Shown piece after piece: positions 18,883 to 31,779 of a stretch of DNA of 64,000 nt. This DNA comes from an uncultured Gammaproteobacteria bacterium (lineage in GTDB: Bacteria; Pseudomonadota; Gammaproteobacteria; DRLM01). The stretch spans positions 96,001 through 160,000 of the forward strand of contig CAVSNY010000007.1 in the NCBI GenBank assembly GCA_963729605.1, given 5' to 3'. Position 1 is the first letter of the stretch; every line of letters starts with the position of its first letter. The translations under genes and the position numbers were made by a program. Under the pieces are notes generated by a model, which was not told the DNA's origin, did not search any database, and worked only from the letters and a program-made list of their open reading frames with translations.

Positions 18883-20247
18883 GTGGAAACCTCGTTGTGG
18901 CAAAAGTGCGTTGATCACCTCGAGGGGGAGTTGACCCCACAGCAGTTCAATACCTGGATACGGCCTTTGCACGCCGTGGAAGACGGCGAATCTTTGCGTC
19001 TGCTCGCCCCCAATCGCTTTGTGCTCGATTGGGTCAATGACCGCTTTTTAGGCCAGATCAGTCAACTGGTCTGTTCCCTCAAGGAAGGCAATCCGGCTCA
19101 GGTGACCTTGGAAGTGGGGACGGCCCGCACGCCGCTGGCGGCGCCCGTCCTCGCCGTCAGCGAAAAACCGGCGCAGACCCATTCCGGGTTTCGTCGCAGA
19201 TCCGACACCGGCCGCGGCGCCGCCACGGTGATCAATCTCCGTCCCGAATTCACCTTCGACAACTTCGTCGAGGGTAAATCCAACCAGTTGGCCCGCGCGG
19301 CATCGGTGCAGATCGCGGAAAATCCCGGCACCGCCTACAATCCGCTGTTCATTTATGGCGGCGTGGGTTTGGGCAAGACCCATCTGATGCACGCGGTCGG
19401 TAATTTGATGCTGAAGCGCAAGCCGTCGGCGCAAATCGTCTATCTGCACTCCGAGCGCTTCGTCGGGGATATGGTCAAGGCCCTGCAACACAACGCCATC
19501 AATGAATTCAAACGTTATTACCGTTCGGTGGACGCCTTGTTGATCGACGACATTCAATTCTTCGCCGGCAAGGAACGTTCCCAGGAGGAATTTTTTCACA
19601 CCTTCAACGCCCTCTTGGAAGGTCAGCAACAGATCATTTTGACCTGCGATCGTTATCCGAAAGAGGTGGACGGTTTAGAGGAACGCCTGAAATCCCGTTT
19701 CGGATGGGGCCTCACCGTCGCCATCGAACCGGCGGAGCTGGAGACCCGGGTCGCCATCTTGATGAGCAAGGCCGCGCAGATGAACACCGAACTCACGCCC
19801 GAGGTGGCCTTCTTCATCGCCAAGCGTATCCGTTCCAATATCCGTGAATTGGAAGGCGCCTTGCGGCGGGTGGTGGCCAATGCGCGGTTTACCGATCGCA
19901 ACATCACCGTGGATTTCGCCAAAGAGGCGCTTAAAGATTTACTTGCCTTACAGGACAAATTAGTCACTATAGAAAACATTCAAAAGACCGTGGCCGAATA
20001 TTACAAGATTCGGGTGACGGATCTGTTGTCGGAGCGCCGCAGCCGCTCGGTGGCGCGGCCCCGGCAGTTGGCGATGGCCTTGTCCAAGGAGCTGACCAAT
20101 CACAGCCTGCCGGAGATCGGCAAGGCCTTTGGCGGCCGGGACCATACCACGGTATTGCATGCCTGCCGCAAAATTCGCGAGCTGAAAGATCAGGAAAGCC
20201 GGATACAAGAGGACTATTCAAACCTGTTAAGAACCCTGACTACTTAG
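18883..20247 (+). CDS. dnaA: Chromosomal replication initiator DnaA
   Basis: [25 protein letters not shown] and [11 protein letters not shown]. Confidence 0.99.
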   Translation: METSLWQKCVDHLEGELTPQQFNTWIRPLHAVEDGESLRLLAPNRFVLDWVNDRFLGQISQLVCSLKEGNPAQVTLEVGTARTPLAAPVLAVSEKPAQTHSGFRRRSDTGRGAATVINLRPEFTFDNFVEGKSNQLARAASVQIAENPGTAYNPLFIYGGVGLGKTHLMHAVGNLMLKRKPSAQIVYLHSERFVGDMVKALQHNAINEFKRYYRSVDALLIDDIQFFAGKERSQEEFFHTFNALLEGQQQIILTCDRYPKEVDGLEERLKSRFGWGLTVAIEPAELETRVAILMSKAAQMNTELTPEVAFFIAKRIRSNIRELEGALRRVVANARFTDRNITVDFAKEALKDLLALQDKLVTIENIQKTVAEYYKIRVTDLLSERRSRSVARPRQLAMALSKELTNHSLPEIGKAFGGRDHTTVLHACRKIRELKDQESRIQEDYSNLLRTLTT

Positions 20248-20455
20248 GTTGGATAAGCTGTGGGTAAATCCTCCTAAACTTCGAACACTATAGTTATTCA
20301 CAATTCACGCACAGGTTGATAACCGGGGTTGATAGCTTGGCTTAAGGGGTTTACCAACAGATTAAGTTTTTGATTTAAATATTTTTAATCCACATGATAG
20401 TGGTTTTCCACAGGCCTAATTACAGTAATAAGTTTAAATCTTAGGTATAGAGATT
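20248..20455. other. Probable oriC in the dnaA-dnaN intergenic region
   Basis: AT-rich 208 bp with DnaA-box matches TGTGGGTAA (20259), TTATTCACA (20294), TAATCCACA (20386) and TTTTCCACA (20404), plus an AT tract at ~20360-20390. Confidence 0.8.
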
Positions 20456-21556
20456 ATGAAATTTACTATTCAGCGCGAAGCCATTTTAAAACCTCTGCAG
20501 ACCGTGAGCGGTGTCGTCGAACGCCGGCAGACCTTGCCCATCCTATCGAACGTCTTGGTCGACGTTTCGTCGGCGGGCCTCGCGCTGACGGCCACCGATC
20601 TCGAAGTCGAAATGCGAGTGACCGCTCCCTTGGATTCACCGCAAGGCGGTAAAACGACCTTGCCGGCACGCAAATTCATGGACATCTGCCGGGCCTTGCC
20701 GGAAGGGGCGCAATTGGATATCTCCGTGGAGAAAGACCGTGCGGTCATCAAGTCCGGGAAGAGCCGCTTCGTCCTGGCCACCTTGCCGGCCGGGGAATTT
20801 CCCAGCATCGAGGAAATGCGCCCTAGCTTGGAATTCTCCATCTCCCAGGGGATGTTGAAACGCTTGATCGAGCGTACCCAATTCGCCATGGCGAATCAGG
20901 ACGTGCGTTATTATTTGAACGGTTTATTGCTGGAAATGGACGCCAATGAACTGCGCGCGGTCGCCACCGACGGTCATCGGCTGGCCTACTGCGCTATCCC
21001 GAATTCAATTAAAATTGAAGAAAATCAAAGTGTTATAGTTCCAAGAAAAGGGATAGGCGAACTACAGCGCTTGCTTTCCGATATCGATTCACCGGTTCAG
21101 GTGCAGATCGGCACGAATCATATTCGCGTGATGACGGATGAATTGAAGTTCACCTCTAAGCTCATCGACGGTCGTTTTCCCGACTATCAGCGGGTGATAC
21201 CCCAAAACGCGGATAAGCTGGTGATTGCCGATCGCGATATCCTGCGCCATGCCGTGCAACGGACTTCGATCCTCACCAATGAAAAATATCGCAGCATTCG
21301 TTTGCAATTGGAGCCGGGGACGCTGAAGGTGCTGGCCCATAATCCTGAACAGGAAGAAGCCGAAGAGGAAATCGCCGTGGAGTATACCGGCGGCGGGTTG
21401 GAAATCGGTTTTAATTCCACGTACATCGCCGATGCGCTGGCGGCGGTCACCGGTGATACGGTTGAGCTGCGTTTATCGGATCCCAATAGCTGTTGTTTAA
21501 TCCAGGCGGCGGGCGATACCCACTGTAAATATGTCGTGATGCCCATGAGGCTGTAG
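20456..21556 (+). CDS. dnaN: DNA polymerase III beta clamp
   Basis: QDVRYYLNG, ATDGHRL and YVVMPMRL. Confidence 0.99.
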   Translation: MKFTIQREAILKPLQTVSGVVERRQTLPILSNVLVDVSSAGLALTATDLEVEMRVTAPLDSPQGGKTTLPARKFMDICRALPEGAQLDISVEKDRAVIKSGKSRFVLATLPAGEFPSIEEMRPSLEFSISQGMLKRLIERTQFAMANQDVRYYLNGLLLEMDANELRAVATDGHRLAYCAIPNSIKIEENQSVIVPRKGIGELQRLLSDIDSPVQVQIGTNHIRVMTDELKFTSKLIDGRFPDYQRVIPQNADKLVIADRDILRHAVQRTSILTNEKYRSIRLQLEPGTLKVLAHNPEQEEAEEEIAVEYTGGGLEIGFNSTYIADALAAVTGDTVELRLSDPNSCCLIQAAGDTHCKYVVMPMRL

Positions 21557-21623
21557 CGGTAACAGTGAAAAAATATAGGCTGATCGCCGGCCGCTTGATA
21601 TTTATCAGTCTGGAAAGAAGTCC

Positions 21624-22685
21624 ATGGCGCTTAGCCGGCTGGACGTAACCAAGCTTCGAAACCTCCAAACCGCCCGTTTATTGCCCGGTCCCCGATTTAA
21701 TCTGTTTTGGGGCGGCAATGGGGCGGGTAAAACCAGCGTCCTTGAAGCGGTTCATCTTTTGGGCCGCGGTTGTTCCTTCCGAACCAGCGATCTTCGTAAT
21801 TTATTGGCCCATGGCGAGGAAACCTGCGTGGTGGCGGGCAAGTTATTGGGTTCGGGTGTGGGGCTGGGTACCGAATTTGATCGCAACGGCGCCACCTATC
21901 GGATTGACGGCAACCTGGCACCGAACCGGGCGGCTTTATCCGAACGCCTGCCGGTGATATTTTTTGGGCCGGACAGTCACCGTTTACTCGCGGACGGACC
22001 ACAACTGCGGCGCCGCTTCATGGACTGGGGCGTGTTCCACGTGGAACCCCGGTTTCTTACGATATGGCGGCGTTACCAACGGGCACTCAAACAACGTAAT
22101 ATGGCCTTGCGCACCGGCCAGGCACTCGATGCCTGGGATGAGGAGCTGGTGATATCCGCCCAGGAAATTACTCGATTTCGCGCCGCTTATTTGACCCGGC
22201 TGATCCCCCAAGTCGAGCGCTATCTTCAAGAACTTTGTCCATTGGATTCCATCTCGTTTGGCCTCGCGCCGGGTTGGCGGCAGGATACCGAGTATTCGAA
22301 GGTTTTAGGCGGTGGACAAGAACAGGATCGGCTGTTTGGTTATACCCGATATGGGCCTCACCGGGCCGATCTCATCATCAAAGTCGGTGGGAAGCCCGCC
22401 AAAGACGTCGTTTCCCGCGGTCAACAGAAGCTGCTGATTTGTGCGCTAACCTTGGCGCAGGCGGTGGTAGTGAATACCTATAATTCCAACCCCAGTGTTT
22501 TATTGATTGATGACCTCGCGTCGGAGCTGGATCCACCTCACCGTTTAAAATTATTGCAGTTACTGGCGGAACTGGGTGGCCAGGTATTCATTACCGCGAC
22601 CGAGCAGTTAATCCTGCCCTCAGAATTCAAGGCCGAGTTAACCGTGTTCCACGTGGAACACGGCGCGATAAAGCCCCAAGCCTGA
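21624..22685 (+). CDS. recF: DNA replication/repair protein RecF
   Basis: GGNGAGKTS, GPHRADL, SRGQQK and LLIDDLASELD. Confidence 0.97.
   Translation: MALSRLDVTKLRNLQTARLLPGPRFNLFWGGNGAGKTSVLEAVHLLGRGCSFRTSDLRNLLAHGEETCVVAGKLLGSGVGLGTEFDRNGATYRIDGNLAPNRAALSERLPVIFFGPDSHRLLADGPQLRRRFMDWGVFHVEPRFLTIWRRYQRALKQRNMALRTGQALDAWDEELVISAQEITRFRAAYLTRLIPQVERYLQELCPLDSISFGLAPGWRQDTEYSKVLGGGQEQDRLFGYTRYGPHRADLIIKVGGKPAKDVVSRGQQKLLICALTLAQAVVVNTYNSNPSVLLIDDLASELDPPHRLKLLQLLAELGGQVFITATEQLILPSEFKAELTVFHVEHGAIKPQA
22033..22048. promoter_or_regulatory. parS site within recF
   Basis: TGTTCCACGTGGAACC, 15/16 match to the Pseudomonas-type parS palindrome. Confidence 0.8.
22645..22660. promoter_or_regulatory. 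parS site within recF
   Basis: Perfect palindrome TGTTCCACGTGGAACA. Confidence 0.85.
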
Positions 22686-22746
22686 TCCCCATAGTCTCTA
22701 TCTTATTGTTATTACAGATTATCAGCTGCTGTTTTGCGGCTAGAGG

Positions 22747-22755
22747 TGCTATAAT
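22747..22755 (+). promoter_or_regulatory. Extended -10 promoter element for gyrB
   Basis: TG-C-TATAAT ending 25 bp upstream of the gyrB ATG. Confidence 0.6.
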
Positions 22756-22771
22756 CGGCCGATTGTGATAG

Positions 22772-25189
<2,418 letters not shown>

Positions 25190-25282
25190 AATTTAAATGA
25201 GCCGATTAAACGCGCAGGGGACCTTCAAGTCCTTTTTTACGCGCTGGATCGCGGGCACTCCACGATAATCGTATCGGTTTAA

Positions 25283-25431
25283 GGAAGCCCTGAATAATTC
25301 CATCCTGGAATTTTCAGAGCACGGGCAGCGAAAATGGGCTTTTCACTTCCCTTCATTTTCAATGGCTGACACCATTGAAAATGGCGGCACCTCCGTATGC
25401 CGCGGGAACCTCTGAATAAATCAGAGGTTCC
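25283..25431 (+). repeat. MITE-like repeat, copy 2 (best preserved), flanked by TTAA on both sides
   Basis: TTAA|GGAAGCCCTGAATAATTC...GAATAAATCAGAGGTTCC|TTAA; terminal inverted repeats 14/18; no ORF. Confidence 0.85.
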
Positions 25432-25480
25432 TTAAATTACCCGGCGACGTTCGTCGCGCGTATCCTGCCGTCGACCGAAC

Positions 25481-26491
25481 TCAATGAACCTCATTCAAAT
25501 CGGCCGCGAGCAAGGTCGCACCCAATAAGCCGACCCGTGCATTGAGTATCACCGACACCGGCATATCGTTCACCAAGCCGCTCATGCGGCCTTTCTCACG
25601 ATAAGCCGCCATGAAATCATCCAAGCTAAAGGCGCGCAGGAGTTTGGGCGCGATACCGCCGGCCAGATAAATACCGCCGTAGGCCAAGCTCACCAAGGCG
25701 AGATCACCGGCAATCGCGCCGTAAATCGAAATAAACAATTGTATGGCCCGCCGTGCCAGCGGATCGCCGGCCTCGGCGCGCGCCGCGATCGCCGCCGCGG
25801 GATCCGGATGATCCGCGAGATCGGCCGCTGACGCGACCGCCTCGCCATTTTCCGAGACAAGAAAGCGAAACATGTCCACCAAGCCCGGTCCCGACACCAC
25901 GCGCTCGCAGGAAACGCGGCCGTACAGCCGCTGCAGATATTTTAATAATTCCATCTGCACGGCATCGGTGGGGGCGAAGTGGATATGGCCGCCTTCGGAG
26001 GGGAAAATGCGATAACGTCCGTCCGCCCACATCAGCTGCGCCACCCCCAGGCCGGTGCCGGCCCCGACCACCAGCCGCGGCGCCCGCGCGTGCGCCGGCA
26101 CGGCGTTGAGCGGGGCGAGATCGTCCGGGCCGAGCGCGTCGATACCGGCGGCGACGGCGTGAAAATCGTTAATCAAACGCACCTGTTCCAAGCGATGGGC
26201 GGACTGCAAGGCCAAGCTATCCATCCGCCACGGCAATTGAGTGATCTTGGCGTGACGATGACCGTGTTCCGGACCGCTTACCGGACCGGCGACACCGAAA
26301 CACGCGCGGGTAAGGCCGCCGCGCGCCGCGGGCGGCGCATGCGCGAAAAAATCGGTTAATACGCTGTCGAAATCGCCGTAGGCTTGACTGGAATAAGTTT
26401 GCTCATGCAACACGGCGCAGCGCGAGCCTTGTACGTCGGCGATGTGCAATAAGGTTTTGGTGCCGCCGATGTCGCCGGCCAGCACCTTCAT
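25481..26491 (-). CDS. glk: Glucokinase
   Basis: LAGDIGGT, GVAGPV, LINDF, GAGTGLG, SEGGH and LAGGI. Confidence 0.95.
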   Translation of the reverse strand: MKVLAGDIGGTKTLLHIADVQGSRCAVLHEQTYSSQAYGDFDSVLTDFFAHAPPAARGGLTRACFGVAGPVSGPEHGHRHAKITQLPWRMDSLALQSAHRLEQVRLINDFHAVAAGIDALGPDDLAPLNAVPAHARAPRLVVGAGTGLGVAQLMWADGRYRIFPSEGGHIHFAPTDAVQMELLKYLQRLYGRVSCERVVSGPGLVDMFRFLVSENGEAVASAADLADHPDPAAAIAARAEAGDPLARRAIQLFISIYGAIAGDLALVSLAYGGIYLAGGIAPKLLRAFSLDDFMAAYREKGRMSGLVNDMPVSVILNARVGLLGATLLAADLNEVH

Positions 26492-27243
26492 GAACGCAAG
26501 GCCTCCGGCAACAGGCGGGCCGCTTCTTTATCGATGTACCACTCCAAAACACCTTGCGGATTGATGAGCTGCACCGGATAAGGAGGGAGTGCGGTGCGGG
26601 CGCTGAACACGTCGCGCAGGATCGGCGCCTTCTTTTCGCCGTCGACCAGAATCAATACGTGACGGGCATGATCGATGACCGGCAAGGTGAGCGTGATGCG
26701 CCAGGTTTGCAGTTTTTCGACGAAGACCGCCTCGACCAGGCGCGCCCGTTCATGCAACACCGGCGTGCCGGGAAACAGCGAAGCGACGTGGCCGTCGGGG
26801 CCGATACCGAGCAGCAGCAAATCGAACTGCACGACACCTTGCGCCGACATCGGCAGCCGGGAGCTGAGCAATTGCGCGTATTTGGTCGCCGCTTCATGAA
26901 TATCCTCCCGCTCCCCTTCCATGCGATGAATCTGCGCGGGCGGAATCGGCACATGATTGAGCAAGGCGTCTTTGGCCTGGTAATAATTGCTGTCGGGGTG
27001 ATTCGGCGGCACGCTGCGCTCATCGCCGAAATAGACGTGCACCCGATCCCAGGCGATGCGATTGGCGAAGTCGGGATTGGCGAGCCGGCGGTACAAGGCG
27101 CGCGGCGTGGAACCGCCGGAGAGCGCGACATGAAATTTACCCCGCGCCGAGATGGCCGCTTCCGCCAACTGCGCCCAGCGCTGCGCGGCGGCGTAATTGA
27201 GCGCATCGCTATCGGCGAACAGGCGTAAATCACCCATGATCAT
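26488..27243 (-). CDS. pgl: 6-phosphogluconolactonase (DevB type)
   Basis: ALSGGSTP, FGDERSVP, LLGIGPDGHVASLFP and RITLT. Confidence 0.93.
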   Translation of the reverse strand: MIMGDLRLFADSDALNYAAAQRWAQLAEAAISARGKFHVALSGGSTPRALYRRLANPDFANRIAWDRVHVYFGDERSVPPNHPDSNYYQAKDALLNHVPIPPAQIHRMEGEREDIHEAATKYAQLLSSRLPMSAQGVVQFDLLLLGIGPDGHVASLFPGTPVLHERARLVEAVFVEKLQTWRITLTLPVIDHARHVLILVDGEKKAPILRDVFSARTALPPYPVQLINPQGVLEWYIDKEAARLLPEALRS

Positions 27244-27330
27244 CTCGGCACTCCCTGGCTGCGGTAAATGCAAGCGGTATGTTCATTATAACCACCTTGC
27301 GTCTAAGTGCGAGAGGGTGCGGTGATTTAA

Positions 27331-27518
27331 AGAAACTCTGAATAAGTGCGTCTTTGAATTGCGCGGGCGCGGCGGCTCCCGCGTCCGGCATGAAGGCTCC
27401 CCGGTCCGGCGGAAAGCGAAACTTGCGATTTTCGCTTTCTTTCATCGACTAACCACCATTTGAAAATGGCAGCAGTACCCCGCGCGTCGCCTTCACCCCT
27501 GAATCAATCGGAGGCGGC
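27331..27518 (+). repeat. MITE-like repeat, copy 3, TTAA-flanked, with internal expansion
   Basis: TTAA|AGAAACTCTGAATAAG...GGAAAGCGAAA...TTTTCGCTTTC...CCATTTGAAAATGGC...CTGAATCAATCGGAGGCGGC|TTAA. Confidence 0.75.
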
Positions 27519-27633
27519 TTAACTAAAAACGCTCGCGAAGGCCGCGTTTTTCGCCAGAGGCGGCCATGAAAAATCGCGGATCACACAAGCCGCAGTTCAC
27601 GGCGTGCATCACGCGGGTATTAACAGGACATTC

Positions 27634-29352
27634 TTAGCTGCAAAGACGCAAGGCCAAGCGGGCCTGGGTGACGAAGTTTAAGACATTGCGCATATCATCG
27701 GCGACGATCGGCCGCATTGAAATCGGACGGTCCGCGTAGAAAAAGCCGACCGGTTTACCGTCATAGCTCACCGCGGCGACGATAAAGCTTTTAACGGCGG
27801 CGATACGAAGAAAATCCTTGGGCAACAGCGCGGCGTAGGCGAAATGGGCGACATCCTCCACCAATACGTCCCCCCCTTCCAAAAGTATCTTGGAAAAAAA
27901 GTCGCGCTGCGGTTCGATGGGCAGCGCAAAAAATTCTTTCATTTGCTCGCGGCCCTGTCCCACCGCCAGACGGGCGACATAATTGCGGCGATCCGGCGTC
28001 ACCAGGCATAAAATGACCCGATCAAATCCCACGCCGCGCTGGATGCCTTCGAGTACCTTGACGAACACCTGGTTCAAACGCGCGCCTTGCGCGATCATGG
28101 CGCTGATCTCTTGAATCAAGGTCAGCTGTATCTGCGCCTCGTGGACCGTTGCGGCGGGCGGCGTCGGAGCGGCGGCGGTAACGTCGGCTGGTGCGGTGGC
28201 CTCCTGAGAGACGGCGTGGGTAAGCGCATTAGCCGCTGGTTTGGCCCGGGCCGTCACCGCCGCGGTTGCGTCGGTATTTTCCTTGGACGGCGTACCGGTC
28301 CGCGCGAGGGCTTGGTCTTTAGCCGCGGCGGCGGGTTGTTCATTACCCGTGCTGGCAAAATAAGAGAATTGACGCGCCCATTTGTCACGGGCCGTATCGT
28401 CGCCGCCGCCCAATAAAGGCTTGAGCAGATTCTTGTCCAAGCCGTAATCGTGGGCCAGCGCGCAGGACATGCGGAAGGCTTCATCCAAGCTGTGTTCGAT
28501 GAGACCCTGACCCAAGCCGGTGGCCGCCGCGAGATTGTGCATGGAATTCGCGAAGCGTTCCGCGGCGTCGTTGCTCTCGACATACAAGGCGCCCACCAAG
28601 TCGTTGGCGAAAAAGGCCAGCGCGCGATTGATCTGCAAGCGGTCATGCAAGACGCCGTTGATTTTGACCGAGGTGCGCGCCATGGAGCTCACCACCAGCG
28701 GCGGAAACTCCCAGCTCTTGGCCAAATCCTGGCCGATGGCGTCGAAGCTGGTGCCGAGCACGCCGTGCTCGGCTTGGCTATGCGTCACCTTCGCCAATTT
28801 TTGTTGCTCATGTATCGTTATGAATTCTTGCGGCAACACGTAAGCCACGATGATCTCGCCCAGATTGTGGAGCAAGGCGCACACATAACTCTCTTCGATA
28901 TCCTTGACGCCGCACTTGGCCGCCATGGTGCGCACCACGCCGGCCGCCAGATAAGAACGCACCAGCATGCGGCTCATGTCGACCGCGGTGTTGGATTTTT
29001 GAAAGCTCTCTATCAATTTTAAAGTGAGGGTGAGATTACGCACGGTCTCGAACCCCATCATGATGACGGCGCGCGAGACCACGGATATTTTACCGAGGCC
29101 CCGGTTGTAATAAGCCGAGTTGGCGAGGCGCAAGAGTTTGGTGCTCAAGCTCGCGTCCTTCAACACCTCCTGAGCCACCGCCATGGCGTCGGCCTGGGGA
29201 TCGGAGCTGACCCGCCGCACGGTATTGATGCTGGTGCTGAAGATGGGAAGATCGCCGAGCCGGTCCATGCCGGCCTTGATCCGCGCCATGGTGGCGTCGT
29301 GACTTTGCTGATTGACGGGAATCCCCACCAGCATCGAAGAATCCTTTTTCAT
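27634..29352 (-). CDS. HDOD domain signalling protein with C-terminal GAF-like domain
   Basis: DLPIFS, KLLRLANSAYY, RAVIMMG, ALLHNLG and WEFP; C-terminal GFDRV...GFFYADR. Confidence 0.85.
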   Translation of the reverse strand: MKKDSSMLVGIPVNQQSHDATMARIKAGMDRLGDLPIFSTSINTVRRVSSDPQADAMAVAQEVLKDASLSTKLLRLANSAYYNRGLGKISVVSRAVIMMGFETVRNLTLTLKLIESFQKSNTAVDMSRMLVRSYLAAGVVRTMAAKCGVKDIEESYVCALLHNLGEIIVAYVLPQEFITIHEQQKLAKVTHSQAEHGVLGTSFDAIGQDLAKSWEFPPLVVSSMARTSVKINGVLHDRLQINRALAFFANDLVGALYVESNDAAERFANSMHNLAAATGLGQGLIEHSLDEAFRMSCALAHDYGLDKNLLKPLLGGGDDTARDKWARQFSYFASTGNEQPAAAAKDQALARTGTPSKENTDATAAVTARAKPAANALTHAVSQEATAPADVTAAAPTPPAATVHEAQIQLTLIQEISAMIAQGARLNQVFVKVLEGIQRGVGFDRVILCLVTPDRRNYVARLAVGQGREQMKEFFALPIEPQRDFFSKILLEGGDVLVEDVAHFAYAALLPKDFLRIAAVKSFIVAAVSYDGKPVGFFYADRPISMRPIVADDMRNVLNFVTQARLALRLCS

Positions 29353-29598
29353 TTCAGCTCTCTATCCTCAAAATGCCGCTACCGTCACAAAACCTTGCCC
29401 AGTAGAGTTTACGGGAGCTCGGTCCCAGGTCTTGAGCCGATTTGGAAAATAGTTTTCGAATGCGCCGCCGGCTGAGGCAGGTTTGACGATGGCGGCCGCG
29501 AGGGGTGGGCCGACAGCCCCATTTTCGCCGATCCAAAATTGAAAAAGGAAAGCCGACGTTTACGGAACACACGGGCTGACCGGCGACGTCGGCCGGTG

Positions 29599-30090
29599 TT
29601 AAGAGGCCTGCCGTTCCAGGGTTACGAAACTATAGGCGTAAGGATTTTTTTCGTCCGGCCCATGGTCTTCACGGGCCGTTTCGCGCCACGCCTCGGGATC
29701 CACCGCCGGGAAAAAGGCGTCACCGGCGAAGCGGTGATGAATTTCGGTGAGATACAAACGCCGCGCGTGCGGCAACAGCTGTTCATAAAACGACGCGCCG
29801 CCGATGACCATGATTTCGTCGGCGTCGCCCGCGGCGGCGAGCGCCTCGTCTATCGAGTGGACGACCGTCACGCCCGCGGGACGATAGTGGCGATCCTGGG
29901 TGACGACGATGTTGTCGCGTCCGGCCAGCGGTTTGCCGATCGAGTCGAAGGTCTTGCGCCCCATCAGCACCGGCTTGCCCAGCGTGACGCGGCGGAAGTG
30001 TTGCAGGTCGGCGGGCAGGCGCCACGGCAGACGGTTGTCGATGCCGATCACCCGTCCTTCGTCCATGGCGGCGACGAGAGAAATGATCAT
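29599..30090 (-). CDS. folA: Dihydrofolate reductase
   Basis: MIISLVAAM...LPWRLPADL...MGRKTFDSIGKPL...VIGG. Confidence 0.97.
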   Translation of the reverse strand: MIISLVAAMDEGRVIGIDNRLPWRLPADLQHFRRVTLGKPVLMGRKTFDSIGKPLAGRDNIVVTQDRHYRPAGVTVVHSIDEALAAAGDADEIMVIGGASFYEQLLPHARRLYLTEIHHRFAGDAFFPAVDPEAWRETAREDHGPDEKNPYAYSFVTLERQAS

Positions 30091-30094
30091 CGCG

Positions 30095-30889
30095 CTACAC
30101 CGCCACCGGTGCCTTAATGGCGGGGTGAGATTGATAATCCAGCAACTCGAAATCCTCATAGCGAAAATCGAAGATCGACCGCACCGCCGGGTTGAGTTGC
30201 AGGCGCGGCAAGGCATACGGCGCGCGTGACAATTGCAGTTCCGTCTGTTCGAGATGATTGAGATAGAGATGGGCATCGCCGAGGGTGTGCACGAATTCGC
30301 CGGGTTTCAGGCCGGTGACTTGCGCGACCATCAAGGTCAGCAGCGCGTAAGAGGCGATATTGAACGGCACGCCGAGAAAGATATCGGCGCTGCGCTGATA
30401 GAGCTGGCAGGACAGCCGTCCCTCCGCCACGTAGAACTGAAAAAAGGCATGGCAGGGCGGCAGCGCCATGCGTTCGATGTCGGCGACGTTCCAGGCGCTG
30501 ACGATCAGACGCCGCGAGTCGGGATTCTTTTTGATCTGCTCGATCACTTGGCTGATCTGGTCGATATGCCGGCCGTCCGGCGCCGGCCAGGAGCGCCACT
30601 GATAACCGTAGACCGGCCCGAGTTCGCCGTCGGCGTCGGCCCATTCGTCCCAAATGCTCACGCCGTTATCGCGCAGATATTGGATATTGGTGTCGCCTTT
30701 GAGAAACCACAGCAGCTCGTGAATGATCGACCGCAGGTGCAGTTTTTTAGTCGTCACCAGCGGAAAGCCGGCGGCGAGATCGAAACGCATTTGATGACCG
30801 AACACGCTCAGCGTGCCGGTGCCGGTGCGGTCTTCCTTGCGCACGCCGTGTTGTTTGACGTGGCGCATCAATTCCAGGTATTGCTTCAT
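30095..30889 (-). CDS. thyA: Thymidylate synthase
   Basis: MKQYL...DRTGTGT...LPPCH...YQRSAD...PFNIASY. Confidence 0.98.
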   Translation of the reverse strand: MKQYLELMRHVKQHGVRKEDRTGTGTLSVFGHQMRFDLAAGFPLVTTKKLHLRSIIHELLWFLKGDTNIQYLRDNGVSIWDEWADADGELGPVYGYQWRSWPAPDGRHIDQISQVIEQIKKNPDSRRLIVSAWNVADIERMALPPCHAFFQFYVAEGRLSCQLYQRSADIFLGVPFNIASYALLTLMVAQVTGLKPGEFVHTLGDAHLYLNHLEQTELQLSRAPYALPRLQLNPAVRSIFDFRYEDFELLDYQSHPAIKAPVAV

Positions 30890-31701
30890 CGCCGCGACCT
30901 TTCGTCGAGAGGTTTTTTTTCGCCGGCCGTTCGATGCGCCCACCACATCAGCGCCGCGCCGCCGACGATCAGCGGCGCCGACAACAGCTGGCCCATGGTC
31001 AGCCAATCGAAGGCGAGATAACCCAATTGAGCATCCGGCTCGCGCACGAACTCGACGCAGAAACGGAACGTACCATAACCCAACAGGAACAGCCCCGACA
31101 CCGCCATCGCTGGCCGCGGTTTGCTGGAATACAGCCAGAGGATGACGAATAGCAGCACGCCTTCGAGCAGCGCTTCATAGAGTTGCGACGGATGGCGCGG
31201 CAGCGGCCCGCCCGTCGGAAAAATCATCGCCCACGGCACGTCGCTGACCCGCCCCCACAACTCGCCGTTGATGAAATTGCCGATGCGCCCGGCGCACAGG
31301 CCGATCGGCACCAGCGGCGCGGTGAAGTCGGCGACCTGGAAAAAACTTTTATGGTAACGGCGGCCCAGCAGCCACATGGCGACGATCACGCCGATCAGCC
31401 CGCCGTGAAACGACATGCCGCCTTCCCACACTTTGAAAATGCGCAAGGGTTCGGCGGCGAAGGCCGGGAAATCGTAAAACAAGATATAGCCCAGACGGCC
31501 GCCCAGCACCGCGCCCATCGCGCCGTAAAAAATCAGATCCGCCACCTCTTGATCCGACCAGCCCGACGCGGGGCGGCGCGCCCGCCAGCGGCCCAGCCAC
31601 CAGGCGGCACCGAAGCCGATCAGGTACATCAATCCATACCAATGGATTTTGAGCGGGCCGAGCTGAAGGGCGACGGGATCGATATTCGGGTAGGTCAACA
31701 T
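30886..31701 (-). CDS. lgt: Prolipoprotein diacylglyceryl transferase
   Basis: [29 protein letters not shown] and RHPSQLYE. Confidence 0.98.
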   Translation of the reverse strand: MLTYPNIDPVALQLGPLKIHWYGLMYLIGFGAAWWLGRWRARRPASGWSDQEVADLIFYGAMGAVLGGRLGYILFYDFPAFAAEPLRIFKVWEGGMSFHGGLIGVIVAMWLLGRRYHKSFFQVADFTAPLVPIGLCAGRIGNFINGELWGRVSDVPWAMIFPTGGPLPRHPSQLYEALLEGVLLFVILWLYSSKPRPAMAVSGLFLLGYGTFRFCVEFVREPDAQLGYLAFDWLTMGQLLSAPLIVGGAALMWWAHRTAGEKKPLDERSRR

Positions 31702-31779
31702 GCGGGCGCCTGCGGCTGAATAGCCGGTATTGTAACGATTTGCGGCGGGCGGGGTAAAACCTTTGCGGCGGGCGCGGGA

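Noticed and set aside
27230-27445. Small ORF MKESENRKFRF (and the ORF at 54451-54672)
   Set aside because: Both are largely translations of the MITE-like repeat rather than independent genes.
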